Positions 1-7,460 of a DNA stretch of 26,300 nt are shown in pieces. This DNA comes from a virus (Duplodnaviria; Caudoviricetes), in IMG/VR virus record IMGVR_UViG_3300010043_000070, positions 1 to 26,300 of that record; one strand, written 5' to 3'. A model generated the notes under the pieces. The model was not told the origin of the DNA. It saw only the letters and a list, made by a program, of their open reading frames with translations, and ran no database searches. The translations under genes were made by a program, and so were the position numbers. How positions within the stretch are numbered: the stretch's first letter is position 1; each line of letters opens with the position of its first letter.

Positions 1-520
1 CCTTGAGAACAATCCCCGACTCGCTGAATGCGTCGGCCTCCTCCGACTCAGCCGCAGCCAGATTTGCGGTAGCCTGCTCGATCAGGCTTGCCCCCATCGG
101 GCCATCAAGCAGCTGATTGGCCCACCGGGTGATATCCTTGGTGTCAAGGTGCGACACCTTGAGGCCTTGCTTCTTGGCCTTGGCCTTGACATGAAGCTTG
201 GCGATCCGCCGAGCCTCAGTCATGACCGCGCCACTGACGCCAGCCTTGCCCTTCTTGGACCGGGTGGCCTTCAGCTTGCCAGCCTTCAGGTTCTCCAGGT
301 TCTCGACCGCCTTGGCGGTGATCTTCTCCACCTCATCGACCGCGATGGGTTCCTTCTTGGTTCCGGTGCAGCCCTTGCGGAGAAAGACTTGGAGCCCCTC
401 CGCAAAAATGCGATTGTAGACCTCGATGTCGAAGCCATTGATGACCTCCACCGGGACTACCACTTCGGCGTCCCCTCGGATCGGAATGGTCCAGGCTTCT
501 GCATTGATAGTAATAGGCAT
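1..520 (-). CDS. Lys/Ala-rich hypothetical protein, 3'-truncated by the window edge (>=173 aa); absent from the ORF track
   Basis: Hand translation from ATG at 520 (SD GGAG at 532-529): MPITINAEAWTIPIRGDAEVVVPVEVINGFDIEVYNRIFAEGLQVFLRKG...KAGKLKATRSKKGKAGVSGAVMTEARRIAKLHVKAKAKKQGLKV...; open to position 2. Confidence 0.85.
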   Translation of the reverse strand, partial: MPITINAEAWTIPIRGDAEVVVPVEVINGFDIEVYNRIFAEGLQVFLRKGCTGTKKEPIAVDEVEKITAKAVENLENLKAGKLKATRSKKGKAGVSGAVMTEARRIAKLHVKAKAKKQGLKVSHLDTKDITRWANQLLDGPMGASLIEQATANLAAAESEEADAFSESGIVLK

Positions 521-559
521 TTGGATTGCTCCTAGGTGCGGAATTGCACCAACACGACC

Positions 560-588
560 AGCCTAGCACATTGCCGCCGCGATGTCGA
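560..588 (-). promoter_or_regulatory. Leftward sigma70-type promoter
   Basis: Minus strand TCGACA (588-583) - 17 nt - TAGGCT (565-560), preceded by TGc (extended -10); GCTA core typical of alphaproteobacterial -10 elements; about 40 nt upstream of ATG 520. Confidence 0.6.
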
Positions 589-632
589 TGCGGCAAGATG
601 CCGCACCCCCTGCGACATTTTGTCGCACCCCC
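589..632. promoter_or_regulatory. Two tandem palindromic operator boxes resembling RegR/RegA/PrrA sites
   Basis: TGCGGCA-AGA-TGCCGCA (589-605) and TGCGACA-TTT-TGTCGCA (611-627), each followed by CCCCC, with a 22-bp period; the second matches the RegR consensus GNGRCRTTNNGNCGC exactly. Confidence 0.7.
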
Positions 633-663
633 TTGATAACACTAGGCTTTCGACCGAATTAGC

Positions 664-692
664 TTGACTTTGTGTCATTTTTGTGGTATAAT
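664..692 (+). promoter_or_regulatory. Strong rightward sigma70 promoter
   Basis: TTGACT (664-669) - 17 nt AT-rich spacer - TATAAT (687-692) with extended -10 TGg. Confidence 0.88.
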
Positions 693-723
693 GCTTGATC
701 AAGATGGGGAGACCTCCCCCCAC

Positions 724-933
724 ATGAATGATATCGAACGGTTCAATGCCATTCGTGCCAACCTGTCCACACAGTTAGACTGGCGTGGGCCGAACGGCAA
801 GGCACAGGGTGTGCTCACACTCACCCGTACCGAAGCTGAGGCTGTCTGTCTCGCGCTAGCGACGCTATCCAAAAGCCAGCCTGCTACGTCCCCAACACCG
901 GAGGATATTCCTAATGGCAACCCTAAATCCTGA
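724..933 (+). CDS. Hypothetical early protein (69 aa)
   Basis: ATG 724 downstream of the promoter and GGGGAG; the track's TTG start at 664 is the -35 box. Confidence 0.65.
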   Translation: MNDIERFNAIRANLSTQLDWRGPNGKAQGVLTLTRTEAEAVCLALATLSKSQPATSPTPEDIPNGNPKS

Positions 934-1174
934 GCGGCCGGAGTGGTCGGCCTACATCTGGCACGACGGCCGCGACCTGTTCCTACAGCTTCCCCGGAGC
1001 ACCCATGTTACCAAGTTCATCCTAAACGAAGCCGGGCTCAGCAAGGCTCTGAAGCTCCTGCCGAAGGCCCCGCCGAACTCGTACGTTGCTCCGAAGCCCA
1101 CCAACCGTCGAAAAGATCCGCTCGACCCCAACGTGATGGCCGCGCTCGACGACATCATGAAGGATCTCAAATGA
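914..1174 (+). CDS. Hypothetical protein (86 aa)
   Basis: GGAGG SD upstream; stop overlaps the next ATG (ATGA). Confidence 0.75.
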   Translation: MATLNPERPEWSAYIWHDGRDLFLQLPRSTHVTKFILNEAGLSKALKLLPKAPPNSYVAPKPTNRRKDPLDPNVMAALDDIMKDLK

Positions 1175-1332
1175 GCGACGTCGAGGACGACATCGACGAG
1201 CTCGCCAAGCAAATAATCGTCATGCTCTACGAGACTTTCGACAACCCAAGAGACGCATTGCTTTGTGTGGCCATTGTGCTCGGCAACCTCTTGGAAAGAC
1301 CTTCAACGGACGATAAAGAGCTTCCCAAATGA
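1171..1332 (+). CDS. Small acidic hypothetical protein (53 aa, MSDVEDDIDELAKQ...)
   Basis: ATGA coupling at both ends; AAGGA SD. Confidence 0.7.
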   Translation: MSDVEDDIDELAKQIIVMLYETFDNPRDALLCVAIVLGNLLERPSTDDKELPK

Positions 1333-1628
1333 GCGACCTCGGCTGCTGGCGCCAAGGCGAGTACATCGTGGTTCGCTACTACGGCTCGGAGCACATGATG
1401 ACCCAAGCCGACTGCGAAGAACTGCTCGCCCACATGCGCCGGATAGCCCTCGAAGGTGCAACCGAGTCCCTTGGCGAGGAATATGCCGAATTGCGCAGGC
1501 GACCGAAGCCAAAGTTCGGTCAACCGTCGACCACCGACCGAAAGGTAGCCCTGGCCATGATGGAGGCCCTTGGGCTGATTGCGAATATCCGCAGACATCA
1601 TGGAGGCACACATGAAGATCGTGATTAG
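1329..1628 (+). CDS. Hypothetical protein (99 aa)
   Basis: ATGA-coupled start; fills the gap before the endolysin. Confidence 0.72.
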   Translation: MSDLGCWRQGEYIVVRYYGSEHMMTQADCEELLAHMRRIALEGATESLGEEYAELRRRPKPKFGQPSTTDRKVALAMMEALGLIANIRRHHGGTHEDRD

Positions 1629-3177
1629 CTCAGGGCACGGCAAATACATCCGCGGCGCCAGTGGATATCTGGATGAAGTCGATGAGGCCCGCAAGGTGGT
1701 TGAGCGGGCTGCGGACTTTTTCCGATCCGTCGGCGTCGGCGTGACAACATTCCACGATGACGTGAGCACGACCCAGAACCAAAATCTGAACCGGATCGTG
1801 AACTTTCACAACTCCAAGGTCCGCGACCTCGACGTTAGCGTCCATTTCAATGCCTACCAGACGACCAGCAACCCCATGGGGACCGAATGCCTCTACGTCA
1901 CCCAGATCAACAAGGCTCGGGCCGTCAGCAGCGCTGTTGCACTTGCAGGAAGATTCACCAACCGCGGCCCGAAGCAGAGAACCGATCTGTTCTTCCTCAA
2001 CAACACCGCAATGCCGGCCGTGCTGATCGAGACTTGTTTCGTTGATTCGAGAGCGGACGCGGACCTTTACCGCGGAAACTTCGAGGCCATTTGCCGCGCC
2101 ATCGCCGAGTCGCTGTCGGGCCAAGAGATCACCGAGACACCTGGGGAACCGCCTCCGGTCGAGCCCCCACCGGTTGAGCGTCCGACCGATCCGTGGGCCG
2201 TCCCGATCGAGAGCCGGCCTGTGCTGGGCCGCGGCGATGATGGAGTCGATGTCGAAGACCTTCAAAAGATGCTGCCGCACTTCACCGGCGTGGTCGATGG
2301 CGACTTTGGCCCGATCACCGAAGAGGCCGTCTATGGCTACCAGATGTCCCGTGGGCTCTCAGTCGATGGTATCGTTGGCCAGCAGACTTGGGGAGCTCTC
2401 TATGCTCGACAGCCAGCGCTGCCACCACCGACCCAAGCGTTCACCCCAGCCCAGCAACAGCGGATCATGGAGATCGCCAACAACAGCACGATTGCCCGCT
2501 ATTCCTGGCGCGACCGTGGCGTAGCACCCAAAGGCTACACCCAAGGCATGGCCCTGGCCTTTGCCGGCTCGTACAAGAAGCTTCAAACCGGACACGCTGC
2601 CATGGAGGAAATGTCCAAGGCCCGAACGAACTCGGACAAAGATGCACTAAACATTTACCGTGCCGACTTCGAACGCCTCAACATGAACAACGAGCAAGAA
2701 GGCGCCAACGTCCTACGCCACCTATACGCTCTGATGCTCGGCCACGGGATGCGGGAGTCGGCGGGCAAGCACTGCGAGGGACGGGACCAGAGCGCTTCCA
2801 ACGTTCAGTCCGACACCGCAGAGGCCGGCCTGTTCCAAACGAGCTACAATGCCCACAACGCCAGCGACCCTGAGTTCGATGCTGTGATGAACGAGTTCAC
2901 GGCTAGCAGCGCCGGGTGCTATCTCGATCAGTTTGCTGTGAATGTGACCTGCTCCAATAGCTCGTGGGCCAACTATGGCAGCGGTCGCGGTCGTGATTTT
3001 CAGGCGTTGTGCAAAAGCTGCCCAGCATTCGCAGCGGAGACCTGTGGGCTGACGCTACGTAACTTGGCCAACCACTACGGGCCGATAGTCCGACACGAAA
3101 CCGAGCTAAAGGCTGACGCCGACGCCATGTTCAAGCAAGTCCAAGACTACGTCGACTCAACGAAGGCGATAGCATGA
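1612..3177 (+). CDS. Modular endolysin: N-acetylmuramoyl-L-alanine amidase (Amidase_3) + Pro-rich linker + peptidoglycan-binding domain + C-terminal lysozyme-like domain (521 aa)
   Basis: Zn ligands and catalytic residues ISSGHG, LDEVDE, VSVHFNA, VLIETCFVD; PPPVEPPPVE linker; PG_binding_1 pattern LGRGDDGVDVEDLQ...DGDFGPITEEAV...Q...GLSVDGIVG; MRES...AGLFQ; GGAGG SD at 1602. Confidence 0.92.
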   Translation: MKIVISSGHGKYIRGASGYLDEVDEARKVVERAADFFRSVGVGVTTFHDDVSTTQNQNLNRIVNFHNSKVRDLDVSVHFNAYQTTSNPMGTECLYVTQINKARAVSSAVALAGRFTNRGPKQRTDLFFLNNTAMPAVLIETCFVDSRADADLYRGNFEAICRAIAESLSGQEITETPGEPPPVEPPPVERPTDPWAVPIESRPVLGRGDDGVDVEDLQKMLPHFTGVVDGDFGPITEEAVYGYQMSRGLSVDGIVGQQTWGALYARQPALPPPTQAFTPAQQQRIMEIANNSTIARYSWRDRGVAPKGYTQGMALAFAGSYKKLQTGHAAMEEMSKARTNSDKDALNIYRADFERLNMNNEQEGANVLRHLYALMLGHGMRESAGKHCEGRDQSASNVQSDTAEAGLFQTSYNAHNASDPEFDAVMNEFTASSAGCYLDQFAVNVTCSNSSWANYGSGRGRDFQALCKSCPAFAAETCGLTLRNLANHYGPIVRHETELKADADAMFKQVQDYVDSTKAIA

Positions 3178-3404
3178 AAGTCGATCCTGTCTTCACGTTC
3201 TGGCTCGGTCTGATCACTACGATCCTGCAAGGCATTGCCAGCGGGACTGTACATCTGACTGGCGTTGTTCCAGAAGCGTACATGAATACGGTCACCGGTT
3301 GGATCGGCCTGATCGTATTCATCAACATGTCACTGATGACCGCACTAACCGGTGTGTCGAGTCCTAAAGCTGGTCCACTCGTACCGAAGGATGATAAGTC
3401 ATGA
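3174..3404 (+). CDS. Putative holin (76 aa, two hydrophobic segments)
   Basis: FTFWLGLITTILQGIASG and WIGLIVFINMSLMTALTGV segments, charged C-tail, ATGA-coupled to the endolysin. Confidence 0.7.
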   Translation: MKVDPVFTFWLGLITTILQGIASGTVHLTGVVPEAYMNTVTGWIGLIVFINMSLMTALTGVSSPKAGPLVPKDDKS

Positions 3405-3811
3405 ACACACTTCAGATCATGCAGCTGGCCTTCCAATGGGGGCCGACGATCAAGTCGATCATCGATATCTCGTCTTCCAACGAGGACCTGATATCCAAGC
3501 TCAAAGAGCTAGCGGCACCAGTAGCAGGCCTGCTGGAAACCGAGGGTGCGAGGCTGTTCCCCAAAGCGGCCTCGGCGCTCCACATTGCAGCCGGTGCGAT
3601 CGCCGCGTTCGATCCCAACGTGACGAAGTGGCTGCAAGGCACGCTCAACAATTACTTGAGCCTCGAACCGCCCCTAGTCGTCGATGGTGTCTATGGCGAG
3701 CACACCCGAGACGCAGTAACGAAGCTCCAAGAAAAGCTAGGTCTGACGGTAGACGGTTTCTTTGGGCAGAAAACCCGTCTCGCCTTCGAAGCGGTACTGG
3801 CTAAGCTATGA
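3401..3811 (+). CDS. Peptidoglycan-binding domain protein (136 aa) with no evident catalytic domain
   Basis: C-terminal VTKWLQGTLN...LVVDGVYGEHTRDAVTKLQEKLGLTVDGFFGQKT fits the PG_binding_1 pattern. Confidence 0.85.
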   Translation: MNTLQIMQLAFQWGPTIKSIIDISSSNEDLISKLKELAAPVAGLLETEGARLFPKAASALHIAAGAIAAFDPNVTKWLQGTLNNYLSLEPPLVVDGVYGEHTRDAVTKLQEKLGLTVDGFFGQKTRLAFEAVLAKL

Positions 3812-4050
3812 TGAACCCCGGCGTTTCAGAAGAAGCGGGCCAAACCGCTCGCAGCTTCATCGACGTGTTCAGAGGCAATGCCGCCATGCTTGCGCTGATC
3901 GCGGCGAATGTCGCCATGATGGTGTTTACCTTCTACGCTCTGCTGAGGGCCGGCGAGATGAGGGACAACAACTTCAAAGAGCAGATGGCATACCAGCGCC
4001 ATGTCGATGAACTGCTATCAAGATGCGTCGTGCCGGCGCCGACGCCATGA
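3808..4050 (+). CDS. Single-TM membrane protein (80 aa), possible lysis accessory
   Basis: Hydrophobic AAMLALIAANVAMMVFTFYALL followed by a helical segment ending in RCVVP; ATGA-coupled. Confidence 0.7.
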   Translation: MMNPGVSEEAGQTARSFIDVFRGNAAMLALIAANVAMMVFTFYALLRAGEMRDNNFKEQMAYQRHVDELLSRCVVPAPTP

Positions 4051-4265
4051 AGTTTCGCCTCGTCTTCGCTTGGTACGATTTATGGGTCGGATTCTACTCG
4101 GACCGCGACGCAGCGACGCTCTACGTCTTACCTGTGCCGTGTCTCGGCGCAGCAGTTCAGTTTGGTCAACTGTGCGACCTCTCAAGTTCTGACTGCAATG
4201 GCGGCGTCAGAGGAAGATGCCGATGCCGCCGAAAGGATATGTATGAAACAGACACTCGAGGCTGA
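4047..4265 (+). CDS. Small aromatic/Cys-rich hypothetical protein (72 aa)
   Basis: ATGA-coupled start; FAWYDLWVGFY...LYVLPVPCLG resembles small phage proteins I recall but cannot name. Confidence 0.6.
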   Translation: MKFRLVFAWYDLWVGFYSDRDAATLYVLPVPCLGAAVQFGQLCDLSSSDCNGGVRGRCRCRRKDMYETDTRG

Positions 4266-4482
4266 TCTGATTGCTGTCGTGCGAATACTTCAGCAACATA
4301 ATCTGTTAGAAGCAAGGTGGATTGTGTCGTCGGCAGCCACAACTATCTACTGCTTCTCCAATGAAACCCTATCAGAAGCTATCGACGACGCAAGGAAGGA
4401 TCTATCTCGTACCGAAGGCCAGATTAGAGCCTCGTTTGGCCACATAAAGGACTTCCGACTGCGAAAGAGAGCAAAGCAATGA
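4243..4482 (+). CDS. Hypothetical protein (79 aa, MKQTLEADL...)
   Basis: AAGGA SD at 4233-4237; stop ATGA-coupled to the next gene; AT-richer than neighbours. Confidence 0.6.
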   Translation: MKQTLEADLIAVVRILQQHNLLEARWIVSSAATTIYCFSNETLSEAIDDARKDLSRTEGQIRASFGHIKDFRLRKRAKQ

Positions 4483-4787
4483 CCGAACGACCTTTTCCAA
4501 TGCCCAAGGAACTGAAGGCCATCGAGGACCAAATCCGGCGGCTGCCCTACGATGACTACGCTCCAAAGCCCCAGGTCGACATGGCCGCGCTGGACGATGC
4601 GGTCCGGCGCACCAACGAACCCATCGACGTGCTGGCCGAGATCACGTCCGAGATCGGCTACATCCCCATGATGGACTACTGCAAGGCGATCCTCGCCACG
4701 GAAGGTTGGGGCGAGGGCAAGCCAGAGATCCACCAACTCGCAGCGATCCTCTGTGCTTGGTCGCTGAAGCACCGGAGCGGCAAATGA
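4479..4787 (+). CDS. Hypothetical protein (102 aa)
   Basis: ATGA coupling at both ends, GC3-rich codon use. Confidence 0.78.
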   Translation: MTERPFPMPKELKAIEDQIRRLPYDDYAPKPQVDMAALDDAVRRTNEPIDVLAEITSEIGYIPMMDYCKAILATEGWGEGKPEIHQLAAILCAWSLKHRSGK

Positions 4788-4936
4788 CCCAAAAGGACGA
4801 GAACGCCATCCAAATGCACTGCTATATCTGCGGCAAGAAGTTTGAGAACGTCAAGTATCAATGTCCAACCTGCAAGGAATATCAATGTTCGGAGGAATGC
4901 CGCCGCAGGCACATCGAAACAATGGATAAAGTATGA
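4784..4936 (+). CDS. zf-HIT/MYND-like zinc-finger microprotein (50 aa)
   Basis: CYICGKKFENVKYQCPTCKEYQCSEECRRRH; GGAG SD; ATGA coupling at both ends. Confidence 0.78.
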   Translation: MTQKDENAIQMHCYICGKKFENVKYQCPTCKEYQCSEECRRRHIETMDKV

Positions 4937-5136
4937 CCACCGTCCCGACCGTCGGCGAGTGCTTCGCCCGCCTTACCGAATACCTCCGCAAAGCCCAAGA
5001 GGAAGCGGCAACCATTGCCCATCTCGAAAACGCCAACGACCAACACGAACAGGCGCTTCGTTGGCTCGCTGTCAGTGAGAACTTCAAGAAGATGCAACAT
5101 AGCCTTATATCGTTGGCCACAAAGAGGCTACAATGA
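4933..5136 (+). CDS. Hypothetical helical protein (67 aa)
   Basis: ATGA coupling at both ends. Confidence 0.72.
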   Translation: MTTVPTVGECFARLTEYLRKAQEEAATIAHLENANDQHEQALRWLAVSENFKKMQHSLISLATKRLQ

Positions 5137-6554
5137 CCACAGAGCAACCCAAGCCCACCGCAGAGCAGACCGAAATCCTCGACCTCGTACACAGCGGAAC
5201 CGATAATATCCAAATCGAGTCCTACGCCGGCACCGGCAAAACCCACATGCTCGGCCTGATCGAGCAAAGCCTCGACTGCCCAATACTTTGTCTTGCGTTC
5301 AATGTCCGGATCAAAGAGGAAATGGAGCAGCGCTTCAGGCGGACCGCGACCGTGCGGACCGTCAATGGACTGGGCCACCGGGTTTGGAGCCAAGCGCAGA
5401 ACAAGAAGCTAACCGTCGACCCTAGGAAATGCAACGGGTTGCTGTCCAAGATAATCAAAGAACTCCCGAAGGTCGAACAGAAGCCTGCTTGGGACTGCTA
5501 CCACGAAGTGCTCCAGGCCACGGCGATGGCAAAGGCCAAAGGCTACGTCCCTGCAAAGTGGGAGGACGCCAAGTGCCTGATTGACGCCGCCGAGTTCTGG
5601 GCCCAGCAAGAGGAGGAGCCGATCGCGCTGGTCGAACGGCTAACGGACAGGCTTCTGGACCAAAGCATAAGGACCGCCTACGATGGGTTTATCGACTTTA
5701 ACGATCAAGTATACATGCCCGCACTGTTCGGAGGAGCATTCCCAAAGTTTCCGGTTGTCTTGGTCGACGAGCAACAAGACTTCAACCCCACGAACTATGA
5801 AATGCTCCGAAAGCTCAGTGGTAGTCGGTTCATATCGGTCGGGGATCCTTACCAATCCATTTACGCCTTCCGGGGCGCGATGCAAAACTGTATGGATCGA
5901 GCTCGGAATGAGTTTTCCATGGCGCCGGCGCGGCTCTCGATTAGCTTTAGATGCCCCGAAACGATCGTAAACAACGTCCGGTGGCGGGTGCCGGCCTTCA
6001 AGGCATTTAAGCCCGGCGGGCACATTCATACCCTAGCTAACATACGCCTCCAAGACTTTGCCGAGGACTCGGCCATCATCTGCCGCAACAATGCTCCGCT
6101 GTTCAAGCTGGCGTTTGAGCTTATCGGGGCAGGCCGCCCGGTGAAGGTGGTCGGCTCGGACATTGGACCGAGGCTGATCGGCATCATGCACAAGCTCGGC
6201 GACCCGGATATGGAACAGGATCTGCTCTTTAGCGCCATCGACATATGGGAGAATGAAAAGCGCGAACGCGGCTCCGAGTCCGCCGCCGACATTGCCGAGG
6301 CCATGAGGGTGTTCGCCCGCATGGGCAGCAATCTTTCCCAGGCAATCGCCTACGCCGAGTACCTGTTCAAGCTCGAAGGCTCGATCCACCTGCTGACCGG
6401 GCACAAGGCCAAAGGCCTCGAGTGGGACATCGTGTACCACCTCGACCGGCACTTGATCCATGACGGCCAGTCCCAAGAGGACAATCTCCGCTACGTTATC
6501 GACACCCGGGCGAAGCAAACCCTGGTCTATGTCAACTCGGCAGGGATCCAATGA
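5133..6554 (+). CDS. Superfamily 1 (UvrD/Rep-like) DNA helicase (473 aa)
   Basis: Q motif TAEQ, Walker A AGTGKT, Walker B VLVDEQQD, motif III GDPYQSIYAFRGA, IV LSISFRCP, V HKAKGLEW, VI NLRYVIDTRAK. Confidence 0.95.
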   Translation: MTTEQPKPTAEQTEILDLVHSGTDNIQIESYAGTGKTHMLGLIEQSLDCPILCLAFNVRIKEEMEQRFRRTATVRTVNGLGHRVWSQAQNKKLTVDPRKCNGLLSKIIKELPKVEQKPAWDCYHEVLQATAMAKAKGYVPAKWEDAKCLIDAAEFWAQQEEEPIALVERLTDRLLDQSIRTAYDGFIDFNDQVYMPALFGGAFPKFPVVLVDEQQDFNPTNYEMLRKLSGSRFISVGDPYQSIYAFRGAMQNCMDRARNEFSMAPARLSISFRCPETIVNNVRWRVPAFKAFKPGGHIHTLANIRLQDFAEDSAIICRNNAPLFKLAFELIGAGRPVKVVGSDIGPRLIGIMHKLGDPDMEQDLLFSAIDIWENEKRERGSESAADIAEAMRVFARMGSNLSQAIAYAEYLFKLEGSIHLLTGHKAKGLEWDIVYHLDRHLIHDGQSQEDNLRYVIDTRAKQTLVYVNSAGIQ

Positions 6555-6898
6555 GCCTTCCTACAACCCGGCTTGCATACGCCGACGCATACGACGCCTT
6601 CGATCAGGCCCTGGCAGACAGCGTCGGCATCCGTATCCAGTTCGACACCGAGGAGCAGGCAAAGCATTTCCGGTTCCGCCTGAACTATGCCCGCCAGATG
6701 GACCGGGACGATAATCGAAAAACCTACGCCCCCGATCATCCACTGTTCGGTAAGAGTGCCTACGACAGGCTAGTCGCCCGGATCAGACGGGAGCAGGAAG
6801 ACGGCAAATGGTACCTTTACCTAGAGACTTCGCTAAACCCGGATCAACTCGTGATCCAATCGCTAGCGAAACTATACGAGAAGGAACCTGAAGAATGA
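6551..6898 (+). CDS. Hypothetical protein (115 aa)
   Basis: ATGA coupling at both ends. Confidence 0.8.
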   Translation: MSLPTTRLAYADAYDAFDQALADSVGIRIQFDTEEQAKHFRFRLNYARQMDRDDNRKTYAPDHPLFGKSAYDRLVARIRREQEDGKWYLYLETSLNPDQLVIQSLAKLYEKEPEE

Positions 6899-7143
6899 TC
6901 TCAGAGCAGGAAGCCTTGACGCTTTGGTACCGCGCCCTAGAGCAGCCCTTGGGGCTTGCCATTCGGACCGATAACCAGCGGAGCCTGATGTCCAGACTCT
7001 ACCACGTCCGGGCCCGGGAGGGCGATGAGGATCTTTACGCCCTTCAATGCCTGCTTGCGCAGGACCCCGAATGGGTGTTCCTCAAGCGGATCGAGTTCTC
7101 GGAGATCCGCCCCGTGACGGAGGCTGACCTTGACTCGCTCTGA
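6895..7143 (+). CDS. Hypothetical protein (82 aa), probable paralog of the preceding gene
   Basis: ATGA-coupled; shared AL...G-h-x-I...RL-x-x-x-R pattern. Confidence 0.78.
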   Translation: MISEQEALTLWYRALEQPLGLAIRTDNQRSLMSRLYHVRAREGDEDLYALQCLLAQDPEWVFLKRIEFSEIRPVTEADLDSL

Positions 7144-7297
7144 CCTGCGCAAGGTCACCCTGAACCTCTACGACGCCGACGTGGCTGAAATGGAGCGCCT
7201 GTTCGGCTGGGGCTGGTCCGCGGAGCTACGCCAGCTTCTGCACAACTACTTGGAGAAACGACGTGAGCGACACAGCACCCGAGGATTGGACCGATAA
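7130..7297 (+). CDS. Putative ribbon-helix-helix DNA-binding protein (55 aa); absent from the ORF track
   Basis: TTG start with GGAGG at 7119-7123; MTRSDLRKVTLNLYDADVAEMERLFGWGWSAELRQLLHNYLEKRR...: alternating strand KVTLNL, helix, G-x-S turn, helix; fills the 7144-7262 gap. Confidence 0.7.
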   Translation: MTRSDLRKVTLNLYDADVAEMERLFGWGWSAELRQLLHNYLEKRRERHSTRGLDR

Positions 7298-7460
7298 CGA
7301 CATAAAGGAAATCATCCGCGCCCAGCGTGAAGCCCGCATACGATTTACCTCAGGAGGCAAAGCCGTCAAGGAAAAGCCCAAGGCCGCTGACACCAGCGCG
7401 CTCGAAGAAGAGTTCGCCCTGCCCAAAGCCCCGGTCGCGAATATCCGAAGGAAACTCTGA
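7263..7460 (+). CDS. Hypothetical protein (65 aa)
   Basis: GTG start after GGAG; TGATG coupling to the nuclease. Confidence 0.7.
   Translation: MSDTAPEDWTDNDIKEIIRAQREARIRFTSGGKAVKEKPKAADTSALEEEFALPKAPVANIRRKL

Noticed and set aside
149-535. Plus-strand ORFs 149-535 and 198-419
   Set aside because: Antisense shadows of the minus-strand gene, which has an SD and a promoter
633-703. FNR/FixK box candidates (TTGAT at 633; CTTGATCAAG palindrome at 694-703)
   Set aside because: Neither has the required TTGAT-N4-ATCAA arrangement
2149-2180. Short tandem repeats (PPPVE x2 here; TEPK x2 near 9440-9470)
   Set aside because: Degenerate protein-level linker repeats, not DNA repeat elements
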